From Candidatus Xenobia bacterium (GTDB lineage: Bacteria > Vulcanimicrobiota > Xenobia > Xenobiales > QWHO01), in the NCBI GenBank assembly GCA_045863235.1, contig BTUM01000048.1, forward strand, positions 1 through 59,734: a stretch of DNA of 59,734 bases. Reading direction: 5' to 3'. The translations under genes and the position numbers were made by a program. Position 1 is the first letter of the stretch; every line of letters begins with the position of its first letter. A model generated the notes under the pieces. It saw nothing but the letters and a program-made list of their open reading frames with translations, did not search any database and was not told the origin of the DNA. This document shows positions 19,037-28,576 of the stretch, piece by piece.

Positions 19037-19354
19037 GAGTACAGTGCTCCTTTCTTGGGCAATGCGGTAGCAAGAGGGTCGCTGCGCGAACAAAGTCGCG
19101 CAGGGCAATAGCGGTAGCTGGGTGGGTGCAGTGGAAACGACAGACAGCAAGAACCCGAGCACGCTCACCAGTCGTCTTCCCTCGGCTGGCGGGGCTCCCT
19201 GGCTCTTGGAACATTATAGGCTAGATCCGGTGGGAAACGCAAGAGCCAGAGCAGGGATTTTTCCCGGTTTCATGCCGATCCAATCCTCGATCAAACGTTC
19301 GATTGCCAGGCCTGACAGAGGCCCGTGGCGGGCCGGTTGCGAAGCAAGGGCCTT

Positions 19355-21403
19355 ATGGTAGATGACAAAGCCTTTGTGGGCCTGCGATGGATCCCCACTC
19401 CGGCCGGACTCGACCGGATCCGCTGGGACGTGTTCCAGGCACCCGCCGAAGGGCCTGGAGGGCCCATCGCGGAGTGCTGGCAGAAGGCGCGCGAGTCGGG
19501 CCGGGCCGGAGACTATCGAGCGGCCCTGGCCCACGAACCCCCTCAACCGGGGACCTTCGAGCTGACGTTCTGGCACTGGTCGCAGCTCGGGCTTTCGCGG
19601 CAGACCGATGGCAAGCCCGCCTGGGAGGCCCTCATGGTCGCCTTTGGACCCGAGTGCGACGGGCCGCGCCTGGCTCCGGTGGCTTTCGCAGCCGAGTGGG
19701 TGGAGCGGCTGGGCGAACTGGCTCCCGCCCACAACGCCTGGTATGTGCTGGCCCCGGCCCTGCTTTTCTTGTTCGAGCTGACCCATAAGGCGGGGCCGCT
19801 GCAGGGCCACCCGGCCGCCGTGGCCGCCTGGGAGCGGGTGAAGGCTCTGCGCGAGGCCTGCTTCGAGCACCTGAGCGGCGATCAGGCAGCCGAGTTCGCC
19901 GAGGAGGTCTGCGACCACTTCTCACTGGCCCGGGACGAAACCGGGCTCTCGCTGTGGGAAGCTCGGGCCGAAGCTGCCGGGCGCGACTCCGACGACGAGG
20001 AGGGCCCCTGGCGGCTGGGCCTGGAGGCGAGCTGGCCCGAGCCGTTGCGCATCGAGGTGAAGCTGCACGAGGAGGATCCGCTCGACCTCTCCCGCGCCGG
20101 ACCTGCCCTGCAGGCCTTCGAGCAGGCGGCCGCGCTGTGCGACCGGGATTCTCTCGATGAGGGGCTGGCCGCTTACGAGTCCGCCCTGGGGCGCTTTCAG
20201 CCTCATAACGAGGAGAGCGCGCTGCTGCAGCACATGATGCGCTGGGGACAGGCCTCCTGCCTGGACCGCATGGGCCGGCTGGATGAGGCCTGGCAGAGCC
20301 TTTCAACTATCTTCGCACCCGGCCAGACGATCCGCGTGCCGCTGCGCTTCTTCCTGACCTGGCTGCGCTCTTCGGTGATCGTGGCTGCCCGCACGCGACG
20401 CACCGACGAACTGGGCGTGCTGCTCTCGCTGCTCTTGGGACTGGCTTCCCAGCACCTGCCGCAGGCCCACGAGACGCTGCGCGAGCAGTTCGTGGAGCTG
20501 CTGGAAGGGGCCTTCGAGGAACTCTCAAACCCTCACGCCGAGGCCGCTCTGGAATGGCTGGATGCCAACCGTCGCCGCTTCGAGCCCGAGGGCACCCTGC
20601 TCTTGCCGCTCCGGACGCTGCGATTCCAGGCCCTGACCCACCTGCTGCGCCAGGAGCAAGCCGAGGCCGAGGCCCGGGCGGTGCTGGCCTGGGCCGAGTC
20701 CGAGGGCCTTCCGGACGTGTCCGAGGGCTGGAAGGAGATGCTTCTGCAGGCCCGGGAGAGCTTCCAGGACCCGTACAACCTGGCCCGGCTCAACCGCTCC
20801 CTGGAGCACCTGTCCGAGGTGGACGAGGTGGGCGAGATGGGCCGAACTGCACTGATGGGGGCGGCCGTCACGGGGAACCTGGAGCTGGCCCGGCGCTTGC
20901 TGGACCTGGGGGCGGATGTCAACGCCGAGGACCCCTACGACTGGACACCGCTCTTGCTGGCCGCCGACGAAGGGCATGCGCAGATGGTGCGCCTGCTGGC
21001 CGAGCGGGGGGCTGACCTGGAGGCGGTCACCGAGACCGACCAGAGCGCTCTGCACCTTTGCGCCTGGCAGAACCACCTGGAAGCGGCCCGAGCCTTGCTG
21101 GAGCTGGGCGTGGACCCGGTCGCCACCGACCAGGACGGCAATACGGCCCTGCACCTGGCCTGCACCGAGCCCGTGCCGGAGATGATCCGCCTGCTGGTCC
21201 GGGAGGCCGGGGTGGAGCTGCCCAACGACCAGAACGGAGCCACCCCGCTCATGGCCGCGGCGGCCAGCGGGCTGGTGGACAACCTGCGCTTGCTGCTCGA
21301 GCTGGGGGCCGATCGCAAGGCCAGGGACGAGGAGGGCGACACGGCCCTGGACTACGCTCGCCTCCACCGCCGACAGGAGGCGGTACGCTTCTTGCAGGGC
21401 TGA
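19355..21403 (+). CDS. Ankyrin-repeat protein with helical N-terminal region
   Basis: GRTALMGAA, WTPLLLAA, QSALHLCA, GNTALHLAC, GATPLMAAA, GDTALDYA. Confidence 0.88.
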   Translation: MVDDKAFVGLRWIPTPAGLDRIRWDVFQAPAEGPGGPIAECWQKARESGRAGDYRAALAHEPPQPGTFELTFWHWSQLGLSRQTDGKPAWEALMVAFGPECDGPRLAPVAFAAEWVERLGELAPAHNAWYVLAPALLFLFELTHKAGPLQGHPAAVAAWERVKALREACFEHLSGDQAAEFAEEVCDHFSLARDETGLSLWEARAEAAGRDSDDEEGPWRLGLEASWPEPLRIEVKLHEEDPLDLSRAGPALQAFEQAAALCDRDSLDEGLAAYESALGRFQPHNEESALLQHMMRWGQASCLDRMGRLDEAWQSLSTIFAPGQTIRVPLRFFLTWLRSSVIVAARTRRTDELGVLLSLLLGLASQHLPQAHETLREQFVELLEGAFEELSNPHAEAALEWLDANRRRFEPEGTLLLPLRTLRFQALTHLLRQEQAEAEARAVLAWAESEGLPDVSEGWKEMLLQARESFQDPYNLARLNRSLEHLSEVDEVGEMGRTALMGAAVTGNLELARRLLDLGADVNAEDPYDWTPLLLAADEGHAQMVRLLAERGADLEAVTETDQSALHLCAWQNHLEAARALLELGVDPVATDQDGNTALHLACTEPVPEMIRLLVREAGVELPNDQNGATPLMAAAASGLVDNLRLLLELGADRKARDEEGDTALDYARLHRRQEAVRFLQG

Positions 21404-21444
21404 GCATGGCCCTGGTGCTTTCTTCATCCAGTGTCGGGGCAAGA

Positions 21445-22731
21445 CTACTGCGCGGGGTGTCGCTTGCGCACCGAGAACCCACCCACGAAGACTCGACCCG
21501 CGGTCTCGTGGATCCGCCCATCCCGGGGGAGGTCGGGAGAAAGGGCCGGCGGAGCCTGGCCCTGGACCGGCGTGGCGGCATCGCCGCCGGAATCGGTGGA
21601 ACCCGGCTGGTCGGGGGGAGCTCCGGCCGCCGCTCCTCCCCCGGCGGCAGGCAGACCGGGGGCCTGATCCAGCGGAAGACCGCTGGCTGCCTTCCCCTCG
21701 GCCATGGTGTCGGGTCTGGAGGTCGCCCCACCGGAGGACCGGGACTTCATCCGCAGCAGCTTCTCCAGACTGTTCCAATCGCGCTGGCGGGTCAGCTCGA
21801 GCAGATGGGGTAGCTCGGCCTGGGAGATCGGAGCCCGGGTGGAACGCTCCAAGAGCGAGGGAACGAAGCTCCCGCTGGACGGGTCGAGCTCCTCGGCCAG
21901 CGCCGAAGCCAGGGTGCCCTGGGCCTCGGTCAATTGCGAGGCCTGGCAGATCCGGGTCACCAGGCCGCTGGCGCGGTGCGCCAGCTCGGAGCGGCCCAGG
22001 GCCGGTGCCAGACTTTGAAGCACTCCGACCTGGGGCGAGGTAAGGCTTTGTTTCAGGACCTGGGTGGTGGCCACCCGGGCCCAGTGGGACTCGGGCCCAG
22101 ACAGGGCGGGCAACAGCCGACGCACGACCTCGGCCTCGGACGGACTGACCTGGCTCCGGCTCAAGAGGTCTGAGGCCACCGAGCACGTTTCGTGCTGGGG
22201 AAGCCTGGCCTGGAAGAGCTCCTGCAGCAACTGGCTTTGAGTCGTGGTCAGATCGGGCCCATCGGCCAACTGGCAGGCCAGGTCGGCCCAGCGGGTCTCG
22301 TCCTTCTCGGGCCAGGCCTTGACCAGGTCGGTCAGGGCTGCAGAGTGGGCTTCGCTGAAGCGGGGGTTGGCCGCCACGTGGCGGGCAACCCCGACCCGCA
22401 GGTGCAGGTTCCCCCGGGCTTTGAGCAGGTCGAGCACGGCTCGGGCACTCACCTCACCGATGTCCCCCCGGGCCCGCACGTCGTCTCGCAGGATCAAGAG
22501 CCAGTCGGAGGGGATCTCGCGCAGCGGTTTGCCATCCAGGGACTGAAAGAGGGCCTCCAGGGCGGCTTGAGGCGAATCCTTGGGATAGGTCTGCGAACCG
22601 CTGAACCCGATCCTCTGGTCGTGAGGGTCCTGGGCCTCCTGGGAAGGGGCTGGCACCCCCGAGGCCGAGACCTGCGGGACGAGCCCGCCCTGGTTGCCCA
22701 GAACGGTCGGGACGTTCGAGGGAATCAGCAT
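21445..22731 (-). CDS. Hypothetical helical protein with shared C-terminal motif
   Basis: Low-complexity N-leader (MLIPSNVP..), helical core, ends IHETAGRVFVGGFSVRKRHPAQ. Start inferred. Confidence 0.75.
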   Translation of the reverse strand: MLIPSNVPTVLGNQGGLVPQVSASGVPAPSQEAQDPHDQRIGFSGSQTYPKDSPQAALEALFQSLDGKPLREIPSDWLLILRDDVRARGDIGEVSARAVLDLLKARGNLHLRVGVARHVAANPRFSEAHSAALTDLVKAWPEKDETRWADLACQLADGPDLTTTQSQLLQELFQARLPQHETCSVASDLLSRSQVSPSEAEVVRRLLPALSGPESHWARVATTQVLKQSLTSPQVGVLQSLAPALGRSELAHRASGLVTRICQASQLTEAQGTLASALAEELDPSSGSFVPSLLERSTRAPISQAELPHLLELTRQRDWNSLEKLLRMKSRSSGGATSRPDTMAEGKAASGLPLDQAPGLPAAGGGAAAGAPPDQPGSTDSGGDAATPVQGQAPPALSPDLPRDGRIHETAGRVFVGGFSVRKRHPAQ

Positions 22732-22887
22732 TCCCGGGAATTTCTCAGTGGATTGTTGGCGCTCCTTCTGGCTTCGATTCTGCCGCAACCGGCTCGGATC
22801 CCTATCCTACGGCCTGCGACGAGCCAGCAGTACGGCTCGGCCAACCTCGCCGGTAGGAGAAATTCCACCGAAGGATAACTGCCCGGC

Positions 22888-23340
22888 GTGCAGGCCTACA
22901 TGTTCGCCCACCGGGTTTTCCCGCGCTGGTTCTTCGAGGACCCGGCGGCGGTGGCCCAGGTGCTCTCAGGGCCGGAAGCCCTCCCCCACCTGATCGCGCT
23001 CTGGAAAGAGGTCGGGATGGCTTGCCAGGAGAGCCTGGCCAGCGACGGACTCGCCCTGGAGCCGGTGCGGCTCGACGACTGGCAGGGGGTCCTGATCCGG
23101 CTACCTCCGCCCGGCGAGGTGCCGGAAGCCCACTTCCTGTGCCTGGTCTGGCCCTCGTCGAAGGGGCCCGAGGCGGCCCGCATCGTCACCCTGGAGCACT
23201 CGCTCGATCTGCAGGGGGAGAAGCGCACGGTATTGGGAGAGTGGCGCTCGGACGGGGCCCACCTGAACTTCGGCTCGGGTCCTGAGGCGCAGAGCAAGCC
23301 CTTTCTGGAGGCGGTGCAGCGCATCATCGGCAAAGGTTAG
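22888..23340 (+). CDS. Hypothetical protein
   Basis: 150-aa globular-looking ORF (YMFAHRVFP...TVLGEW...HLNFG). Confidence 0.75.
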   Translation: MQAYMFAHRVFPRWFFEDPAAVAQVLSGPEALPHLIALWKEVGMACQESLASDGLALEPVRLDDWQGVLIRLPPPGEVPEAHFLCLVWPSSKGPEAARIVTLEHSLDLQGEKRTVLGEWRSDGAHLNFGSGPEAQSKPFLEAVQRIIGKG

Positions 23341-23537
23341 CCCATCGGAGCCCAGAGGTGGGCCCGCCTGTAGCTCGCCTGTCGAGCGATACGCGCCCCT
23401 GACTGCGTTGATCGGGAATGGCGCGGCGCTGTTCAACAGGTCAAGGCGCGGGAGTAGAGACGGATTTAACATTTCTGCAATGTCCCTGGCGGTGCCAGGA
23501 GCTAGACTCATAGCAGACCAACCTGCAGGAGGTCCTC

Positions 23538-23957
23538 ATGAAGCGATTGATGATTCTGGCGGCACTGCTGTGCTGCCTGGCCATGCCGGCGCCCGCCCAG
23601 ACCGGCATCTCGGTGCAGATCGGCGTAGGCAATGGGTATCCCACCTACCCCGTGTATCAGAGCTACCCGGTGTACTACCAGCCGGGCTATGTGTACTACC
23701 AGCCGGGCTACAGCTACCCGGTTCAGCAGCCCTACTACTACAACACGGGCTGCTATCCCAACGGCTACAACCCGGGCCCCGGCTACTCTTATCCCAACGG
23801 CTACAACCAGGGCTACTCGTATCCCAGCGGCGGTTACAACAACGGCTCTTGCGCCCCCCGTCCCACCTATCACAACAACTCCCGGCCTTACAACAACGGT
23901 CGCGCTCGGCCCGGTCAGGCTGCTCCCGTGTATCGAGCCGGGCGGGTGGTGCGCTGA
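23538..23957 (+). CDS. Secreted Tyr/Pro/Gly-rich low-complexity protein
   Basis: AGGAGG SD, Sec signal (..PAPA|Q), repeated YYQPGY and YPNGYN. Confidence 0.8.
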   Translation: MKRLMILAALLCCLAMPAPAQTGISVQIGVGNGYPTYPVYQSYPVYYQPGYVYYQPGYSYPVQQPYYYNTGCYPNGYNPGPGYSYPNGYNQGYSYPSGGYNNGSCAPRPTYHNNSRPYNNGRARPGQAAPVYRAGRVVR

Positions 23958-24029
23958 GCCCAGCGTTTGCACTCCATGACCTGACATGCTCTGGCACAGG
24001 TCCGGCTTCTGGCGTATAATACCGGCACC

Positions 24030-24509
24030 GTGAGAAGCTTCATCCTCTTTCTTCTGCTGGGCTGCATCGCGCTGGCTCAGCCCGCTGCCGTACCCGAGGC
24101 CGACCAGGCAGCCGCCCGGGCACTGCTCAAGGAGCTCTACGCCGCCTACGAGTCGCGCCAGGTGGACAAGGTCATGGCCCTCATCGCACCGGCCGTGGAG
24201 GCCTCGGCCCAGAGCGACGCGCAGGGACGTGCCCAGGCGATCCGCGATGCCTTTCGGGCCTTCCACGAAGACCTGCTCAGCCATCCCGACTTCCGGCTCG
24301 AGCCCTTCAACGACCACTTCCTGGGCTTTGAACCGCAAAAGGACGGCGCGTTCCGGGTGATCTCCTCGGTGCCTGTCATCCTGTCCGACAGCCTGGTCTT
24401 CAAGGAATCCGACGGCACCCCCACGGCTCCCATCCGGCTGCGGCTGGGGGCTTTCACCATGCAGCGCGACAAGGGCGGCACGCTGCGCATCACGGGGATG
24501 GACCTGTGA
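24030..24509 (+). CDS. Secreted hypothetical protein (NTF2-like)
   Basis: Signal peptide (..IALA|Q); TATAAT 9 nt upstream; stop overlaps the rlmN start. Confidence 0.75.
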   Translation: MRSFILFLLLGCIALAQPAAVPEADQAAARALLKELYAAYESRQVDKVMALIAPAVEASAQSDAQGRAQAIRDAFRAFHEDLLSHPDFRLEPFNDHFLGFEPQKDGAFRVISSVPVILSDSLVFKESDGTPTAPIRLRLGAFTMQRDKGGTLRITGMDL

Positions 24510-25567
24510 GCAAAGTCAACCTCAAGGACCTCACTCCCGACGAACTGGTGGCCTTCGTGCGCGAGCTGGGCGAGCCGGCCTTCCGGGCCCGCCAGCTGCT
24601 GCGCTGGATCTACACCGCCCGGGAGACCGACTTCGAGCGCATGACCAACCTGTCGCTCAAGCTGCGCTCGCGCCTGCAAGAGAAGGCCGAGATCCCCGAG
24701 CTTGCGCTCAAACAGGAGCGCCACTCCGAGCAGGAGACCACCAAGTACCTCTTTACCCTGCCCGACGGCGAGGTCATCGAGAGCGTGCGCATGCACTACC
24801 TGGGCGATGACGTGGGCCCGGGGCGGGTGGCGGTGTGCATCTCCACCCAGGTGGGCTGCGCTATGGCCTGCGACTTCTGCGCCTCGGGCAAGCTGGGGCT
24901 CCGGCGCAACCTGGCCACCTGGGAGATCGTCGACCAGGTGCTGCAGATCCAAAAACGCCTGGACGAGCAGGGCGAGCGGGTGGCCAACGTGGTCTTCATG
25001 GGCATCGGCGAGCCGCTGCACAACTACCGCAACACCCTGCGGGCGGTGCGCATGATCAACTCCCCCGAGGGACTGGGGATCGGCATGCGCCACCTCACCA
25101 TCTCCACGGCGGGGTTGGTGCCGCGCATCCGCGAGCTGGCCGCCGAGAAGCTGCCCCTGCGCCTGGCCATCTCGCTGCACGCCACCAACGACGAGCTGCG
25201 CGAGAAGATCATGCCGATCAACCGCAAGTGGAAGCTGGCCTCTTTGCTGGAGGCCTGCCGCGACTACCAGGAGGCCACCTCTCGCCGGGTGACCTTCGAG
25301 TACGTGCTGCTCGACGGCATCAACGACTCGGTCGAGGAAGCGCACGAGCTGGTGCGCCTGCTTTCGGGGACGCACTCACTGGTCAACTTGATTCCCTGGA
25401 ACCCGATCGAGGGGGTGCCCTACAAGCGCAGCCGCCCGGCCCGGGTGCGGGCCTTCCAGGAAGTGGTGGAAAAAAGCGGGATCAAGTGCACGGTCCGCCA
25501 GGAGAAAGGCAGCGACATCGCGGCCGCCTGCGGCCAGCTGCGCTTGAGCGATCTCAAGCCGGCATGA
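24506..25567 (+). CDS. rlmN: 23S rRNA m2A2503/tRNA methyltransferase RlmN
   Basis: CISTQVGCAMACDFC radical-SAM motif, FMGIGEPL, AISLHA, DIAAACGQL. Confidence 0.97.
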   Translation: MSKVNLKDLTPDELVAFVRELGEPAFRARQLLRWIYTARETDFERMTNLSLKLRSRLQEKAEIPELALKQERHSEQETTKYLFTLPDGEVIESVRMHYLGDDVGPGRVAVCISTQVGCAMACDFCASGKLGLRRNLATWEIVDQVLQIQKRLDEQGERVANVVFMGIGEPLHNYRNTLRAVRMINSPEGLGIGMRHLTISTAGLVPRIRELAAEKLPLRLAISLHATNDELREKIMPINRKWKLASLLEACRDYQEATSRRVTFEYVLLDGINDSVEEAHELVRLLSGTHSLVNLIPWNPIEGVPYKRSRPARVRAFQEVVEKSGIKCTVRQEKGSDIAAACGQLRLSDLKPA

Positions 25568-26187
25568 GCTGGCTGCGCGAGCTGGAGAAGGCCCTCGAGG
25601 AGACCATCGAGGGCCGCACCGAGGGCAGCCACCGCCTGGAGGTAGCACACCTGTTGATGCGGCTGATGTTGGACAGCCGTCTGGTGCTGAAGAACAAGAC
25701 CGAGCTGGCCCCTAACTCGTTTCGCATCTGGTGCGCCGAGGCCCTGAGCCGAGACGATCAGGAGTGGCTGCGCGAGAACCTGGCCCGCGAGGCAGCCGAG
25801 CGGGGCTGGGTACTGGCCGGTCCGTGCGAGTTCTTCTTCGAGCCCGGCCGCGAGCTGGCCGCCGCGGCCAGTTTCGCGCTGCAGGGCGAGCCGGTGGTGG
25901 CCATGGTGGACAACTGCGGGGCCATGCGCGAGCGCGGCTTCGTCACCCGACGCGGGCTGGTGCTGGGGCGGGGCCGGGGAGCCGAGCTGCGGCTCACCGA
26001 CCCGCGCCTGTCGCGCCGCCACGCCCGGCTCTACCCGGCGGTGGGGATGCTGTGCCTGGAAGACCTGGGCAGCCGCGCCGGCACGCGCCTGGAAGGGGCG
26101 CGCGTAGGGCGGGTGCCCTCGGAGGTCAAGGACGGCAACCGCATCCGGGTGGGCGACACCGAGTTGCAGGTGTGGCTGCTGCCTTAA
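25564..26187 (+). CDS. FHA-domain protein (FhaA-like)
   Basis: C-terminal LGRG...DPRLSRRHA...EDLGSRAGT; ATG overlaps the rlmN stop. Confidence 0.85.
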   Translation: MSWLRELEKALEETIEGRTEGSHRLEVAHLLMRLMLDSRLVLKNKTELAPNSFRIWCAEALSRDDQEWLRENLAREAAERGWVLAGPCEFFFEPGRELAAAASFALQGEPVVAMVDNCGAMRERGFVTRRGLVLGRGRGAELRLTDPRLSRRHARLYPAVGMLCLEDLGSRAGTRLEGARVGRVPSEVKDGNRIRVGDTELQVWLLP

Positions 26188-26197
26188 GTCCCGCGCC

Positions 26198-26599
26198 TTA
26201 GCGCTCGGTCAAGCCGTTCGTGGAGTCGTAGCGGGGATGGTTGGCGGGAACCTGGGCGGCTTTGTGGGCCTGACCCTGGCAGCAGTACTCGTAGGCGTCG
26301 GGTTCGGTGGACATCCGGTAGCTCGCGGAGTAGGTGTCCTGGCCCGCAGCCGGGCAGACGGGAATGATCCTCAGGTAGTTCGGCGTCAGGCTGCCGAGTT
26401 GCGTGGGATAGTAACCTGAATTGTCGGTCGAGTACATCTCCAGACCGAGGCCAATGGTCTTGAGGTTGGATTTACACGAAGTCAGATCCCGGGTGCCCAC
26501 CGACGGTGGCTGGTCCTCGGCCAGACCGGGGACGAGCATGAGCGCGCCCACTACGGCGCCGGCGAGAAGATGGTAACGGTTCAACTCTGGTTCCCCCAT
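26198..26599 (-). CDS. Pilin/GspG-like protein lacking a canonical prepilin motif
   Basis: CKSNLKTIGLGLEMYSTDNSGYYP..LTPNYL..IP.CP.A..DTYS; paralogous to 54489-55070. Confidence 0.75.
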   Translation of the reverse strand: MGEPELNRYHLLAGAVVGALMLVPGLAEDQPPSVGTRDLTSCKSNLKTIGLGLEMYSTDNSGYYPTQLGSLTPNYLRIIPVCPAAGQDTYSASYRMSTEPDAYEYCCQGQAHKAAQVPANHPRYDSTNGLTER

Positions 26600-26649
26600 C
26601 AGATTGATGCAGGCTCGTTCGAACCGGACCGGATGCTTCCCTCCGGGCG

Positions 26650-26691
26650 GCCGGTCAGGGTCCTTTCAGACAATATGGCTAGACTCAGAGC
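26650..26691 (+). promoter_or_regulatory. Shared direct-repeat/-10 leaderless promoter (copy 1)
   Basis: GCCGGTCAG-N2-TCCTTTCAG-N10-TAGACT-N6-GTG. Confidence 0.7.
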
Positions 26692-28533
26692 GTGATCACC
26701 TCGATCGGCTCCGGCTGGCAGCTCGCCTGGAAACCCGGGCCCCTGGCCGCATCCGGCCCGGGGCCAGAAGCGGTGGATGTCTTCAGCCCTTCCGCGCCGG
26801 TCGCCTCAGAGCCTTCGGAGGCCGGCCCGGCCGTGCCGGCCAGCCTGATCGCATCCGGTAAGGAAGCGCTCAAGCGCTTCGACTTCATCTCCAGCGAGCG
26901 CATCGACCTCAACGCCTTCCCTCGTCCCCAGCGCACCATCGAGTTCCTCAACGGCGAGAGCGAGTACTCGATTCGAGACAAGAAGCTGAACCCGGTCAAC
27001 AACCCCCTGCAACTGGTCCGCCCCTACGCCCTGCACAGCTGCAGCTCGCTCTATTACGAGATCAACCCGGGCATGTCCGGGCCCAACATCTATCGAACCG
27101 AGCGTGGTTGGGGCGAGGACGGCCGGAAGGAAGAGGGTTACCTCAAGCTGGTCAAGGCCTTCGAGACCTTCTCGGTGAAGCTGCTCGAGAGCCTGAACGT
27201 GGAGGACGCCGAAACCCGTCGCGCGCAGGTCAAGACAGCGCTGGACGAGGAGTTCGGGGGCAAGAAGGTCAGCCAGTACCTCACTCCCGAGGACGCGCGC
27301 AAGATCTCCCCCGACCAGAGCCCGGAGAGCTGGCTGGTTTACGGGATGCTGAACGTCCTCTTGCACCCCTCCCCCGAAGTGTCGGCCCGGGCCCGGCTCC
27401 GCTCGCTCGAACTCCTCAGTCTGTTTACTCCGCAGGCCATGACGGATGGCTTTCGCAGCGAGAAACAGCGCTATCACAACGGCTACGACCGCATCAGCCC
27501 ACCCCGGCTGCCCGAGCGCATCGCCACCCGCGAGGAGCGGCTGGCCACCGACAAGGTGGAGTGGACGCGCAACCCGTTCATGCAAGACCTTCTGGTGCGC
27601 GACCAGAACCGCCGCCTGGACACCCGAGCGGTCACCTCGCGGCTCCTGGAGGAGTCGCCCGACCTGGCCGTCTCGGTGGGGCTGCTGATGCTGCACGGCG
27701 CTGATACCACCGAGGCCGGCCTGGCCCTGTTGCAGGCCATCCCCCGCCTGGACGAGCAGACCCTTGAGAAAGTGATGGGTCCCGAGGCCTCCTACCTCAC
27801 CGATCGCTTCGGCCCCGCGGGCGCGACGGGTCAGGTGGTGCAGGGGCTGGGGCTGGCCTCCTCGCGTCCCACGGCCACGGCGGCCGAGCTGCAACAGCAG
27901 CTGTTGCGCAAAGAGAGCTACGCCAACCACCTCAAGGAAGAGCTCTCCCGCACCCAGGTCCAGCTGGCCGCGGCCCAGACCTCTCTGCAGGAGTCCCAGG
28001 CCCGGGTGCAATCCCTGGAAAACTGGAGCGTCCGGGCCCAGAAGTTCATGCAGGAAAACGAGCAGCGCACGACCGCGCTGGTGGAGACCGTGCTGGAGCT
28101 GTCGGGCCAGCCAGCCAGGCAACGCCTGGAGGGCCTGGAAACCCTGCTCTCAGGCGGGAGACTGTCGGAGCTGGAGCTGCCCCTGGTGGTCAGGAGCCGC
28201 GATCAGGCGCTGGCTCAGGCGGCCCGGGAAGCGAGCGATCTGGGCGCTCTGGGCCAGGTCGCCGCCACAGCCAGCAACTGCCTGCAGCCCACCGCCCTGG
28301 AGCTGGTGGACCGGGCTCTGAGCATGGTGGTGGGTCCCCTGGGAGGCCCGCTCGGGAACCTGCGCGAGGAGGTGGCCTCAGGAGCCACCCCTCCCGGCGA
28401 AGCCCTGCGCACCCTGAAGGAGGTGGGGGAGGACTACGCCCGCCTCAGCGCCACCCGCGAGGGGATGGCGGGCGTCCGGGTGGGCGACGGTCACGTGCAG
28501 GTGGGAGCGGTTCGCGTTCAGCAGCGGCGCTGA
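26692..28533 (+). CDS. Hypothetical protein with coiled coil and shared C-terminal motif
   Basis: Pro/Ala/Ser-rich leader, coiled-coil segment, ends VRVGDGHVQVGAVRVQQRR. Confidence 0.85.
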   Translation: MITSIGSGWQLAWKPGPLAASGPGPEAVDVFSPSAPVASEPSEAGPAVPASLIASGKEALKRFDFISSERIDLNAFPRPQRTIEFLNGESEYSIRDKKLNPVNNPLQLVRPYALHSCSSLYYEINPGMSGPNIYRTERGWGEDGRKEEGYLKLVKAFETFSVKLLESLNVEDAETRRAQVKTALDEEFGGKKVSQYLTPEDARKISPDQSPESWLVYGMLNVLLHPSPEVSARARLRSLELLSLFTPQAMTDGFRSEKQRYHNGYDRISPPRLPERIATREERLATDKVEWTRNPFMQDLLVRDQNRRLDTRAVTSRLLEESPDLAVSVGLLMLHGADTTEAGLALLQAIPRLDEQTLEKVMGPEASYLTDRFGPAGATGQVVQGLGLASSRPTATAAELQQQLLRKESYANHLKEELSRTQVQLAAAQTSLQESQARVQSLENWSVRAQKFMQENEQRTTALVETVLELSGQPARQRLEGLETLLSGGRLSELELPLVVRSRDQALAQAAREASDLGALGQVAATASNCLQPTALELVDRALSMVVGPLGGPLGNLREEVASGATPPGEALRTLKEVGEDYARLSATREGMAGVRVGDGHVQVGAVRVQQRR

Positions 28534-28534
28534 A

Positions 28535-28576
28535 TCCTTTCAGGCCCCTTTCGGGGATCCGCGCTAAGCTGAGCGC
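28535..28576 (+). promoter_or_regulatory. Shared direct-repeat/-10 leaderless promoter (copy 2)
   Basis: TCCTTTCAG-N2-CCCTTTCGG-N10-TAAGCT-N6-ATG. Confidence 0.7.
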
